This document shows positions 26,420 to 39,472 of a stretch of DNA of 64,000 nucleotides, piece by piece. Location: assembly GCF_963921235.1 (NCBI RefSeq), contig NC_086108.1, positions 69,194,001 through 69,258,000 of the forward strand. The letters are read 5' to 3'. Numbering within the stretch: the stretch's first letter is position 1; each line of letters begins with the position of its first letter. A program made the position numbers and the translations under genes. The notes below the pieces were generated by a model that worked only from the letters and a program-made list of their open reading frames with translations, made no database searches and was not told where the DNA came from. The stretch comes from Mobula hypostoma. Lineage: Eukaryota.

Positions 26420-29400
26420 TGTGTGATGTTCTTTGTGTGAGATGTGGGAATTCTGCGAGACCTCCAGCCTCCTGGATAACCACATCAGCACCAGGCGCAC
26501 TGAGCGGCAGCTGCTCAGAGAACGTGTTAAGGAATTGGAGCTGCAACTCGATGACCTTTGGCTCAAACGGGAAACTGAGGAGTGATAAGTAGGAGCTAAA
26601 GGGTGGTCATGCCTAAGCTCTGGTAGACAGCTACCTGAGTGACAATCAGGAGAGGGAACTTTATACTTTATTGTCGCCAAACAATTGATACTAGAACGTA
26701 CAGTAATCACAGCGATATTTGATTCTGCGCTTTCCGCTCCCTGAATTACAAATATTAAATATTAAAAATAGTAAAAATTAGTAAATATTAAAAATTTAAA
26801 TTATAAATCATAAATAGAAAATAGAAAAACGGAAAGTAAGGTAGTGCAAAAAAACCGAGAGGCAGGTCCGGATATTTGAAGGGTACGGCCCAGATCCGGG
26901 TCAGGATCCGTTCAGCAGTCTTATCACAGTTGGAAAGAAGCTGTTCCCAAATCTGGCCGTACGGGTCTTCAAGTTCCTGAGCCTTCTCCCGGAGGGAAGA
27001 GGGACAAAAAGTCTGTTGGCTGGGTGGGTCGTGTCCTTGATTATCCTGGCAGCACTGCTCCGACAGCGTGCGGTGTAAAGTGAGTCCAAGGACGGAAGAT
27101 TGGTTTGTGTCATGTGCTGTGCCGTGTTCATGATCTTCTGCAGCTTCTTTTGGAAATGGGCAGCCAATGCAGGGTATCCCTGTGGCCATTCCCCTCAATA
27201 ATAAGTATACTGCTTTGGATACTGTTGGGCAGTGATACCGCAGTCATCGGGTCTCTCACACTGAGTCTGCCGCTGTGGCTCAGAAGCGAAGGGAGAGAAA
27301 GGGTGATAGGGGAGTAGAGGAGTAGACACCAGACTCTGTGGATGTGATAGAGACACCTGGATGGTATATTGTCAGGGTCAGGATGCTTCAGATTGGCTCC
27401 ACAGCATTCTAAAGGGGGAGGGTAAGCAGCTAGAAGACCTGGAACATATGGGTACCAATGACATTGGGAGGAAAGGGGAGAGGTCCTGAAGAGAGAATTT
27501 TGGGAGCTTAGGTAGTAAGCTAAAGAGCAGGACCTCCAGGCTGTCAATCTCTGGATTGCTGCCTGTGCCACATGCCCGTGAGGGTAAGAATAGGATGGTT
27601 TGGCAGATGAGGGTGTGGCAGAGGAATTGGTGCAGGAGGCAGAGGTTCACATTTCTGGATTATTGGGATCTCTTCTGGAGAAGGTATGATCTTTACAAAA
27701 GGGATGGGTTTCATCTGAAACTGAAGGCTACCAATATCCTTGCAGGCAGGCTTGCTAGAACTGTCGGGGAGGGTTTAAATTAATCTGGCGGGGGATGGGA
27801 AACAGTGATAGGGCTGAGAATGGGGGTAGTTGGTACACAAGCAGAGGCAGCATGTAGTGAGACTGTCAGGAACTAAAGGGCAAAATTGCTGTCAGTGGAA
27901 TGAGTTGCAGTGTAACAAAGGGACAAAATTGAAAAGGGTGATGAATACAGGACTGAAGGTGTTATATTCGAATGCACACAGTATATAAAATAATGAAGAT
28001 AATCTTGTAGCGCAGTTAGAGATTGGCAGATATGACATTGTGGGCATCACTGAGTTGTATCCAAGGATACCTATTGTATCAACAGGAAAGACAGGTAGGT
28101 GGGGGGGGGTTGACTCTATTGGTAAAAAATGAAATCAAATCCTTAATAAAAAGAGGTGATATAGGATTAGAAGATGTAGATTCGTTGTGGGTAGTGTTTA
28201 AAATCTGCGAGGGTAAAGATATACCATTGGGAGTTATATACAGGCCTCCAAACAGTGGTCAGGGTATTGTCTATAAATTATAATGTGAGATAGAAAATAC
28301 ATGTCAAAAGGGCCATGTTGCAAAAGTCAAGGGGGATTTCAAAATGCTGGTACTTTGGGAAAAACAGGTTGGTGCTGATTTTGGATTCCAAGAGAGAGTA
28401 TTTGTAGAATGCTTATAGGATGGCTTTTTAGAGCAGCTTGTGGTTGAACCCACCAGGGGATCCGCTACTCTAGATCGGGTGTTGTGTATTGAACCAGATT
28501 TGATTAGGGAGCTTAAGGTAAGGGAACCCTCAGGAGTAGGTGATCATAACATGATAGAATTTACCCTGTAATTTGAAAGGGAGTAGCTAAAGTCAGATAT
28601 ATTAGTATTACAGTGGAATAAAGGAAATTATAGAGGCATGAGAGAGCGGTTAGCCAAAGTTGATTGGAAGGGGATGACAGCAGAGAAGCAATGGCTGGAG
28701 TTTATGGGAGCCAATCAGAAGGCACAGGATAGCTACATCGCAAAGTAGTAGTATTGTAAAGGCAGGCTGACACAACCGTGGTTGATAGGGGAAGTCAAAG
28801 CCAACATGAAAGCAAAAGTGAGGACATATAATATGGCAAAAAATAATGGGAAGTTGAACAATTGGGTAGGTTTTAAAAACCAAAAAAGGCAATGAAAAAA
28901 AAGTGTAAGATGCAAAAAGATGAATTATGAAGGTAAGCTTCCCAATCAGATCAAAAAGGATATCAAAAGGTCTTTCAGATATATAAAAACTAAAAGAAAA
29001 GTGAGATTCGATATCGGTCTGCTGGAAGTTGATGTTGGAGAGATAGTAATGGGGGACAAGAAAATGGTGGATGAACTGAATAGGTATTTTGCATTAGTTT
29101 TCACTGTGGAAGACACTAGCAGTATACCAGAAGTATGAGAGTGTCTGTGGGCAGAAGTGAGTGAAGTTGCCATTACTAGGGAGAAGGTGCTTGGAAAGCT
29201 GAATGGTCTGCAGGTAGATGGATCACCTGGACTAGTTAGGCTCCACCTGAGGGTTCTGAAAATGTACCTGAACAGATTGTGGAGGCTTTAGTAATGATCT
29301 TTCGAGGATCACTAGTTTCTTGCATGGCTCCAAGGGACTGTAAAAATGCAAATATCATTCCACTCTTCAAGAAGAGAGGGAGGCAGAAGAAAAGAAATTA

Positions 29401-30790
29401 TAGGCCATTTAGCCTGACCTCAGTGGTTAGGAAGATGTTGGAGTCGATTCTTAAAGATGAAGTTTCTGGGTACGTGAGGCACAAAATAAAATGGGCCAAA
29501 GTCAGTGTGGTTTCCTTAAGCAAAAATCTTGCCTGATCAATTTGTTGGAATTCTTTGAGGAAATACCAAGCAGGACAGACAAAGGAGAATCAGTGGATGT
29601 TTACTCAGATTTTCAGAAGGCCTTTGACAAGGTACCATCCAAGGCTCTTTAACAAATTAGGAGCCAATGGTGTTACAAAAAAAAAATACTAGCATAGATA
29701 AAGTATTGGCTGATTGGCAGGAGGCAAAGAGTGAGGATAAAGGGAGTCTTTTTTCAATTGGCTACCAGTGACCAGTGGTGTTCCACTGGAGTAAGTGTTG
29801 GGACCTCTTCTTTTTAAGTTATATATCAATGATTTGGATGATGGAATTGATGGTTTTGTGGCCAAGTTTGCAGATGATACAAAGATAGGTGGAAGGGCAA
29901 ATAGTTTTGAGGAAGTAGAGAAGCTACAGAAGGACTTGGATAGATGAGGAGAATAGGCAAAGAAGTGGCAGATGAACCATAGTGTTGGGAATGTGTGGTC
30001 GTGTACCTTGATAGAAGGAATAATAGCACAGACTATTTTCTAAATAGGGAGAAAATTCAGAAATCCAAGGTTCAAAATGACTTGGGAGTCCTCAGGCAGG
30101 ATTCCTTCGTGGTTAACTTGTGGGTTGAGTCAGTGGTGAGGAAGGCAAATGCAGTGTTAGCATTCATTTTGAGAGGACTAGAATACAGAAACAAGGATGT
30201 ATTGCTAGGGCATTTTAAGGCATTGAAGAGGCCTCACTTGGAGTACTGTGAGCTGTTTTAGAGCCCTTATCTAAGAAAGGATGTGCTGACATTGAAGAGG
30301 TCCAAAGGATTTCATGAAAATGATTCCAAGCTTGAAAAGCTTATCATATGAAGAGCATTTGGTTTCTCTGGCCTGTACTAGCTGGAATTTAGAAGTATGA
30401 GGGGAGAACTCATTGAAACCTATTGAATGTTGAAAGGCCTAGGTAGAGTGGATGTGGAGAGGATATTTCCTATAGTGAGGGATCCTAGGACCAGGGGGCT
30501 CAACCTCAGAATGGATGGACTCCATTTAGAATGGAGATGAGCAGAAATTTCTTTAGTCTGAGGGTGGTGAATCTGTGGAATTCATTATCACAGGCAGCTG
30601 TGGAGGACAGGTTATTCAATATACTTAAGATGGAGGTTGAAAGATTCTTGACAAGTTAGGGCATGAAATGTTACAGCAAGAAGGCAGGAGAATGGGATTG
30701 AGATGGAAAAAATGTGTTGGACATGATCAAATGGCGGAGCAGACTCGATGGGCCGAGTGGCCTAATTCTATAGTGTCTTATGGTCTTGAG
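26420..30790 (+). mobile_element. Near full-length degenerate CR1 (ORF1 coiled-coil/esterase, ORF2 EN-RT, 3' UTR)
   Basis: RERVKELELQLDDL; WCRRQRFTFLDYWD..YKRDGFHL; GVIYRPPN; NYRPFSLTS; KFADDTK; RPHLEYC. Confidence 0.92.
26659..27151 (-). mobile_element. Young 5'-truncated Rex/Babar LINE nested in CR1 ORF1
   Basis: Intact KKLQKIMNTAQ..LPSGRR..NSFFPTVIRLLN, many CpGs, GGAA on both flanks. Confidence 0.85.
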
Positions 30791-30794
30791 GGTA

Positions 30795-31135
30795 ATTGGA
30801 ACTGCACTCATCCAGGCAAATGCTCATCCCAGCTCCCATATTTGTTTCCATGCTCCTCCTTCCTTCTCTATCAGATTCCATCATCTGCAGCTCACTGTTT
30901 CTTCACCTGTCATCTCTCAGCCTCTCTCACTATTTCCACTCTTTTCCCTTCCATCTGCTTATTAACCCCTCCTCATCTGGATCCATGTAATGTTTCCCAG
31001 TTCTTATTCCATCCCTTCCCATGAACATTTTGTAACGCTTATCACCCCTTTATCTTTCAATCCGGATGAAAGGTCTTGACCCAAAAAGTCGACTGATTGT
31101 GCCTGACCTGTTGAGTTCCTCCAGCAGTTTATTTT
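30795..31135 (+). mobile_element. Degenerate Penelope-like terminal fragment
   Basis: ggatgaaaggtcttgacccaaaaagtcgactg and gacctgttgagttcctccagca tail. Confidence 0.65.
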
Positions 31136-32465
31136 TTATCTTCCACACTTTGTGTCGTTAAAATCACAAACCTCTGACTAATAGTATTATTGGACCACTA
31201 TCATTACAATAGGAACTAAGACAGGCAGAAAATATTTAATGTGTCTGCAACCAATGATTAAAGTTTTAAAGTCAAGAGACAAGTTATGTTACAATGCAAA
31301 ATAACAAGCAGGAATCTCAAAATGTGAACTGGAATTGGATAGTCAGAAACGTAAAAATTGTAAAACTAAAAATTAATAAAAGATGCTGATTGGTATTGCT
31401 ACCAGTGGAGAAGTGGGGGAAAGCTAAGTATAAGCAAAATGCTTAAATGTTACCTGTATTAAGTTAAATTCTTGTGCATGGTCCAAAGCTCATACTAAGC
31501 CTCAGACAACTGGTGTAATTCTTCAGAATCAGCAGCAGAGGGCAGAGGGGCTCCACTGCCCATACAACTGTTAACAAGTCCCTCTGCAGTGGAGAATTGT
31601 GGAAACATTTACCAATGAATGGGAATAGATACCATCATGAAGAAATTTGAGGTTAGGAATGATTTGTATTCATAAAAGGGAGTGGCACATTGCATTGTAG
31701 TAGGAAAGTTCAGTGAGAGCAGACTGAAAATATGAAAAGTACAGAAAAATTGTTGGTACGTGACTATCGGTAAACTCAAAATGTGATTATCGGTAAACTC
31801 AAAATGTGATGAACAGCTTTTGAATATGATACAGTGAATATATTTAATACTCTTGGTTATGAGGTAATCAGTAAAAATTAAGGAAAGTAAAAAGGTGGTA
31901 GACAGGCAGTATGGATTATAGACTATAGAAGAATTCTTATCAATAGAGAGCTTGTTCTTGAGAAGACAAAGAACCCATTTGAAGAATAAAACAAAAAGGA
32001 AGCTAGCCATTCTAATGCCATTTTTCTTTTTAAAAAATGTTATTTATTCGATATATAATTGCACATTAATCTTCCTTTAGCGCTGCAGCAGCATCTTCGA
32101 TAAAAATTAGCGAAAAGTATCATTTATTATCTGGCTTTTTCTTCCAAGAGCAGATTTCCCATTTGGTCTCCAATCAACCCCATCTTTCCTCTTACAATAT
32201 TTTCCTTATTCACAAACGAGAGAATCTGCAGATGCTGGAAATCCGAGCAACACACACAAAATGCTGGAGGAACTCAGCAGGCCAGGCAGCATCTGTGGAT
32301 AAAAGTGCAGTCTACATTTCGAGCCGAAATCTATTCATATGCCTGTGTATCATTTTAGGTTCCTAGTTATGTTTGTTGCCAGTCTTTTGTCATGTTATCC
32401 ACTACACGTATTTCCCTTTTTTCACTTTCCTTCTAAACTATTTGTAGCTGCTTGGAACTCATTTA

Positions 32466-33878
32466 CACTCAGTGATCACTTTTTTAGGCACACCTGTATA
32501 CCTGCTTGTTAATCCAAATATCTAATCAGCCATTCATGTGGCAGCAACTCAATGAATAAAAGCACACAGACATGGTCAAGTGGTTCAGTTATTATTCAGA
32601 CCAAATATCAGAATGGGGAAGAAATATGATCTAAGTGACTTAGACCGTGGAATGGTTGTTGGTGCCAGATTCAACTGAATTGAGTTGACTTTATTACTTA
32701 CATCCTTCACATACATGAGGAGTAAAAATCTTTATGTTACATCTCCGTCTAACTGTGCAATGTGCAATTTATAGTAAGTTATAATAAATAGTATGTACAA
32801 CAGGATAGTCAATATAACATAGAAATACAATTGTATTATCGTGAAGTAATCAGTCTGATGACCTGGTGGAAGAAGCTGTCCTGGAGCCTGTTGGTCCTGG
32901 CTTTTATGCTGAGGTATTGTTTCTGGGATGGTAGCAGCCGGAACAGTTTGTGGTTGGGGTGATTCGGGTCCCCAGTGATCCTTTGGGCCCTTTTTACACA
33001 CCCGTCTCTGAAAATAGCCTGAAAAGTGGGAAGTTCACATCTACAGATACACCGGGCTGTCCGCACCACTTGCAGAGTCCTGCGATTGAGGGAAGTACAG
33101 TTTCCACACCAGGCAGTGATGCAGCCAGTCAGGATGCTCGCAATTGTGCCCCTGTAGAAAGTCCTTAGGATTTGGGGCTCATACCAAACTTCAACTGCCT
33201 GAGACAAAAGAGGTGCTGTTGTGCTTTTATTCACCACACAGCCAGTATGTACAGATCATGTGAGATCCTCAGTGATGTGTATGCTGAGGAACATACAGCT
33301 GTTCACTCTCTCAAACCCAGATCCATTGATGTCAATAGGGGTTAGCCTGTCTCCATTCCTCCTGTAGTCCACAACCAGTTCCTTTGTTTTTGCGACATTG
33401 AGGGAGAGGTTGTTTTCTTGACACCACCGTGTCAGGGTGATGACTTCTTCTCTGTAGGCTGCCTTTGAGATAAGGCCAATCAATGTAGTATCGTCAACAA
33501 ATTTAATTAGCAGATTGGAGCTGTGAGTGACGACACAGTCATAGGTATACAGAGAGTAAAGGAGGAGGCTTAGGACACAGCCCTGTGGGGCACCTGTGTT
33601 GAGGGTCAGAGGGGCAGAGGTGAGGGAGCCCACTCTTACTACCTGCTGGCGATCTAACAGGACGCCCAGGATCCAGCTGCACAAGGCAAGGTGAAGGCCT
33701 GGGATAGCTAGAGTATCTCAGATGATTTCCTGGGACGTTCATGCACAACAGCCTCTGCACTTACAGAGAATGGTGTGAAAAACAAAAGAAAAATATCCAG
33801 TAAGCAGCAGTTCTGTAGGTGAAAATGCCTTGTTAATGAGAGATCAGGGAGAATAGCCAGACTGGTTCAAGCTGTCAG
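32466..33878 (+). mobile_element. Tc1-like element, left part (TA + CACTCAGTG TIR), split by a Rex LINE
   Basis: TIR complementary to the end at ~330-353; Tc1-like sequence resumes at ~33700. Confidence 0.7.
32671..33700 (-). mobile_element. Rex/Babar-like LINE 3' half
   Basis: GAPQGCVLS, IKFVDDTTLIGLI, KTKELVVDYRR. Confidence 0.92.
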
Positions 33879-35719
33879 GTCTTTTACACATTGGTTGTTT
33901 GTCCACACTTTTGGGTGCAGTCTTTCATTGATTCTATTGTGGTTCTTGGATTTTCTGAGTATGCCCATAGAAAATGAATCTCAGAGTTGTATATGGTGAC
34001 ATAAATGTATTTCAATATTAATTTACATTGAACTTTATTCTGCATCCTATACCCCTCCGGCAGAGATAGTATTTTCCTGCCCCTCTGCTTTAAGTGACTG
34101 ATGCACACAGTTATCCAGGTTCCTTTGTAAATTGACATTACCAAATTTATGGAGACATAGAAGACTGCAGGTGCTGGAATCTGGAGCAGCTCTGCAGGTC
34201 AGGCAGCACAAGGAGGAAAATGGCCAGTCAATGTTGTAGGTTGAGACCCATCTTCCGGACTATTGATTTTTGCTGCTCTTCAACCATTTTCAAATGTATG
34301 TGCATTTTAAAAAAATATTTCTGTCTTCCTGTTCTGCCTGCCAATCTGAATTACTTCACATTTATCCAAGTTACACCGTATCTGCCATGTATTTGACCAC
34401 TCACTCATTTAACCGAACTGCCTTGGAACTTTTTAAAAAATATTCCATAGCAATTATTTTGTTAGGAAACTTGAAATATCACAATTAATTTCCCAGCAGT
34501 TAAAAAATAATGTGGAAGCTTGTGAGTCATACACTTCAGTCAAAAATAATTGAAAGGCAGATCTTTTTTTTAAATGGTAAGATATTGAAAGATGGTAGAG
34601 GTCAAAGGGCCTGCAAGTCCTCAGACATAAATCACTGAAAGTTAATGTGCCACTTTTCAGAATTAATCCCATATACAGTACCTTCAGTTCTATCGTTTAA
34701 ACTAAGGTGAGTGTAAACCCAGCCTGTTTAATCTCTTTACACACACAAAACCCACCATCCCAGAAATCAGTCTGGTAATCCTTCAACTCACTCCCTTAAT
34801 TACAGGTATATTTTTCCTTAGGTGGATGGAACAGATTTTTCAGAGCTAATTCTATTACAGGACATGATGGTGGCAGCAAAACATTTAAGGGGCTAAGTGG
34901 CTCATTCTGTTCTTGTCTATCACTAATTTTTTTTCGATTCCAAACCAACGAATACATTTTTAAACAATTAAGTAAATGGTGGACGTTCGAAAGAGCTCAT
35001 ATTTATAATTAAACATCCCAAAGCACCTTTCATCCAATGCATCAATTTTGAACTGGTCACTATTACACAAGAAGGCGCAGTAGCCAATTTACATACTGCA
35101 AACTACTACTGACAGCAGATTAGATGAATGAAATTTCATCCTTTTGATGGAGGAGGAGAGCGTTGCTAAGAAGGCTTGCTTCAGTTCTTCATTGTTCCAT
35201 GGCCAACTGGAGAAGCAGTGATCATAAAAGCATAATTCCTAATTTCAAGCATTGCAGGAAAAGCTTCAAAGACTATGAACTTAATAGCACAAGGAAAAAC
35301 AAAAAAGCAGCCGCCCTTCTGTACTGCACAGGAGTATCTGCTGGATGTGTGTGTTTGGAAAGGATTAGTGGGAACATAGTGACACAGAAGATGCCCTTTG
35401 GCCCATTACGTCTGTGTCAACCATGATGGTGATTAAAACTAATCCCATTTTCTCCCATATGGTCCATCTTCTAATCCCTATCTGTTCATGTGTATACTAA
35501 AACACTTCCTAAAGGTTGCTATGGCGTTTGTTTCTACCACTTTCCCTAGCAGTGGGTTCCGGACAACTAACAATTTCTTTTCAAAGTCAAAACTGCCTCA
35601 TACATCTTTATTAAATTTTACCCTCTCACCTTAAACCCATGCCCTCCAGTATCTGATATTTGCACCCTAGGAAAAAGACAGATCATCTATCCTGTCTATA
35701 CCTCATAATTTTATATATC

Positions 35720-36465
35720 TGAACCCAATGCAATTTGCCTATTGCCACAATAGGTCTATGGTGGCTCTGATCTCACTGGCTTTTTACACTGCCTTGAGTC
35801 ACCTGGACAAAACAAATACCCATGTCAGGATGCTGTTTATTGACTACAGCTCAGTGTTTAACACAATCTTTCCTACAGTTCTTATCAAAAAGCTCCAGAA
35901 CCTGGGTCTCTGTACCTCCCTCTACCAACGGGATCCTTGACTTCCACACCAGAAGATCAGAAACACTATCTGCACCTTGCTGACAATCAATACTGGCGCA
36001 CCTCAGGGATATGTGCTTAGCCCACTACTCTTTCTACACCCATGACTGTGTGGCTAGGCACAGCTCAAATGCCATCTGTAAATTTGCTGATAATACAACT
36101 ATTGTTGGCAGAATTTCAGATGGTGACAGGAAGGCGTACAGGAGTGAGATGTATCAGGTGGTTGAGTGGTGACGCAGCAACAACCTTGCACTCAACATTA
36201 GTCAGCCCAAAGAACTGATTGTGGACTTCAGAAAGGGTAAGACAAGAAAACACACACTAGTCCTCATCGAGGGATCAGAAGTGGAAAGTGCGAGCAATCT
36301 CAAGTTCCTGGGTGTCAATATCTCTGATAGTCTAACCTGGACCCAACACATCAATGCAGCTACAATGAGGGCACAACAGCGGCTTATTTCATTAGGTGTT
36401 TGAGGAGATTTGGTATGTCACTAGAAACACTCGCCGATTTCTACAGATGTACCATGGAGAGCATT
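35720..36465 (+). mobile_element. Rex/Babar-like RT fragment
   Basis: QFAY, VRMLFIDYSSVFNTI, KFADNTT, KFLGVNISDSLTW. Confidence 0.88.
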
Positions 36466-36469
36466 CTAA

Positions 36470-37225
36470 ATTTCAAGCTGAACTCAATCATATTGTTATC
36501 ACTGTCTCCTAAGGGTTCCTTTACTTTAAGCTCTCTGGTTCATTACATAACACCCAATCCAGTATAGCTGATCCCCTGACAGGCTCAACAACAAACTGCT
36601 CTAAAAAGCCATCTCGTAGGCATTCAACAAATTCGCTCTTTGGAGATCTCAGGTTGGAGGAACAACACCTTATATTCCGTCTGGGTAGCCTCCAACCTGA
36701 TGGCATGAACATTGACTTCTCTAACTTCCGTTAATGCCCCACCTGCCTTTCCATACCCGATCTGTTATTTATTTATTATTATTATATATTTTTTTCTCTC
36801 TCTCTTTCTCCCTCTGTCCATCTCACTATACTCCTTGCCCATCCTCTGGGTTCCCCCCTCCCCCTTTCTTTCTCCCTAGGCCTCCTGTCCCATGATCCTG
36901 TCATATCCCTTTTGCCAATCAACTTTCCAGCTCTTAGCTTCATCCCTCCCCCTCCTGTGTTCTCCTATCATTTCGGATCTCCCCCTCCCCCTCCCACTTT
37001 CAAATCTCTTACCATCTCTTCTTTCAGTTAGTCCTGACGAAGGGTCTCGGCCAGAAACGTCAACTGTACCTCTTCCTAGAGATGCTGCCTGGCCAGCTGC
37101 GTCAAACCTTCCTGAACAGCTCTAGCAAACCTGCCCATGAGAATATTAGTTCCCCATGGGTTCAGGTGCAACCCGTTCTTTTGTGCAGGACAAACCTCCC
37201 CCAGAAGAGATGCCAATAATCCAAG
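36470..37225. mobile_element. Minus-strand CR1 pieces (EN and ORF1 end) interrupted by a + strand Penelope 3' end at ~36645-37100
   Basis: EFVECLRDGFLEQ..ILDWVLCNEP motif; Penelope tail with hammerhead motif at 37030-37066. Confidence 0.75.
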
Positions 37226-37804
37226 AGAAATAAACAGTAAGACAATTCAGAACTGTTTTGTCCACAGCAGTTTCAAGCATTCAGGCTTGGAGATCCCAGA
37301 AATGACCAGGAGTGAATATTAAATGATTTCACCACTTCAACAAGTTAGGTACTACAAAGAATTTGAGGTTATTGACAATAATCTTGAACATTACAATGAA
37401 AATAAAGATTGGAGGATGCAATTGTCAAAAATTGTATAAAGGCAGACCATTATCTACACTGGGTGTCTACACTGATTTTGTTCATTTACAGTCAATTGAA
37501 GGAACATGGTTGATAACCGTAGGGAACTAATATATGGTTTTATAGTACCATAGTAGTATTGATAGTGTTCTAATTTCTTCTGCATTTCATTTAAATACAT
37601 AATTTGTTACTCAGTTAAATGATAGTTTTTTTTTAATACCTTTTGAATTAGTTCCATGAAACTTCCGCTAATTGGGGCAGCCACTTGATTGTGCCAAAAT
37701 GTTCTGGTCCTATGTGTCTCAATTAACTGGAGTCTACTGTATTGCAGACAGTGAAATTATAACAGGATTTTTTTTTCTAAAATTTGTGCTTCCTTTGTCC
37801 GCAG

Positions 37805-37927
37805 CTTATGAATTCAACTGTCTAGAAGGAAGTATACCTGATGCACATGAAGATTCTGAATGTAGAACTGGGACAGTAGGACTTGGTGAACAAATGTTTG
37901 TGGAAGAATGTCAATTCCATTATCCAG
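37805..37927 (+). CDS. Gene 1 exon G, 123 nt, phase 1-1: AYEFNCLEGSIPDAHEDSECRTGTVGLGEQMFVEECQFHYP
   Basis: Acceptor cttcctttgtccgcag, donor tatccag|GTACAC (same YP|G end as exons A and C). Confidence 0.8.
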
Positions 37928-39237
37928 GTACACGATAATTCTTATAACAAGATTGCTTATCATACAGTGATAGTATTGTATACACCCACGGAGGACAAAA
38001 CAAAGACTGTAATCACCCACCTCAACTTTGCCCCTCTTGATTTTACAGCATAAACCAACATAGGCTCATGCATCAGCCTCCTATACTCCGGAGAAAATAG
38101 CCTAAATGTATTCAGTCACTCCTTATAACTCAAGCCTTCCAGTCTTAGCCACATCCTTCTGAAACTTTCCTGCACCCTTACATCCTTCCTGTAGCATTGC
38201 CTCAGAATACAAGGATGCCCTGTTAGAACAGAGATGAGGAGAGATTTCTTTAGCGAGATAGCAGTGAAGCTGTAGAATTTATTGCCACAGACAGCTGTGG
38301 AGGTTAAGTCATTGGGCATGTATAAAGAGGATGGTCTTTATTAATAAAGACGTCAAAGGTTATGAGGAGAAGGCAGGAGAATGAAGTTGAGGGGCATAAA
38401 AAAATCCTCCAATGTGGAATGGTGAAGCAGACTCGATGGGCTAAATGGCCCAATTCTGCTCCCATAAATACCAAAATCTCACCAAAATCTCGTACAGCGG
38501 TAACATGATGTCTCAACTCTTGTATTCAATACCCTGACAATGAAAGCAAACATGCCAATACACCTTCTCAATACCAACCAGGGAATATGTGCTTGTGTCT
38601 TTCATCTCTCTGTTTTACAGCACTCTCTGGTGCCCTTCCACTGAATGTGCAAGCCCCACTCTGGTGTAATTTCCCAGAATACAGTACTTTACACTTGTCT
38701 GTTCGATGTCACTGTAACTCACAATTCATCCTCAAGTTCCTACTGAGAATCACGATCATAGTAGGTGATGTTAGAACTAATACTATATGTATCCTGCAAT
38801 AATGGAGTCTGACTATATGAATAAGTGTTTATTCGCCTGAGAATGAAATTACCTCTATTTGTAACTATTTACTACAATTCTGCTGTTTTCAGTGTGTAGA
38901 TGCAATTGGAATGAGAAAAAGGGTTTATGCTTCAGCTCAGAGATCCTTCCTCAGAACTTGGAAGAGGGAAAACAAGTTATTTTTAAGTTGGAGAGAGAGT
39001 AAGGGAGAGATGGAGAGAATAAAGGTTGATAGGTGTGTCCTGGGCTCTCATGGTGATAAACTGTTGATGAAGCCATTGGTAAATGGAAACAAAGATCACA
39101 AGGGAAAGGAAGAGCCACAGAAGAATAGGCAGACATCATTGCAGAGTAAACATTGGCAGCAAAAGTAATCAAATTTTAGAATTCTTTTTGAATACAGGAA
39201 GCAGAACCAATAAACTACAATCATCAGTGTAGCAGGA

Positions 39238-39472
39238 GAGCAGGCTGGTGGTGCAGTGAGATCTGGAGCGAAGGTTCCTGAGTTCGAATCCAGGTCGGGC
39301 CACCCCCGAGCACGCTTTCCATCCGTGCTGGGTTGAGTGTCGAGCTAGCCACTCAGCCTCGTAAAAAATACAAGGGTCGAGTCAGGAACATTCGTAACGT
39401 GACCCGGTTAATCCTGACACCACGTGCCAGACAAGAATGGCTGAACGTCTGGTACGACATGCTTAAAAAAAA
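39238..39472 (+). mobile_element. tRNA-derived SINE with short poly(A) tail
   Basis: A-box-like TGGTGCAGTGA at 39249, B box GAGTTCGAATCC at 39280, A8 tail, 10-bp TSD TGTAGCAGGA. Confidence 0.88.

Noticed and set aside
31765..31810. 23-bp perfect tandem duplication (also a 13-bp one near 883-910)
   Set aside because: Ordinary local slippage with no sign of function.
39238..39300. tRNA gene
   Set aside because: No complete cloverleaf; followed by a SINE body, poly(A) and TSD.
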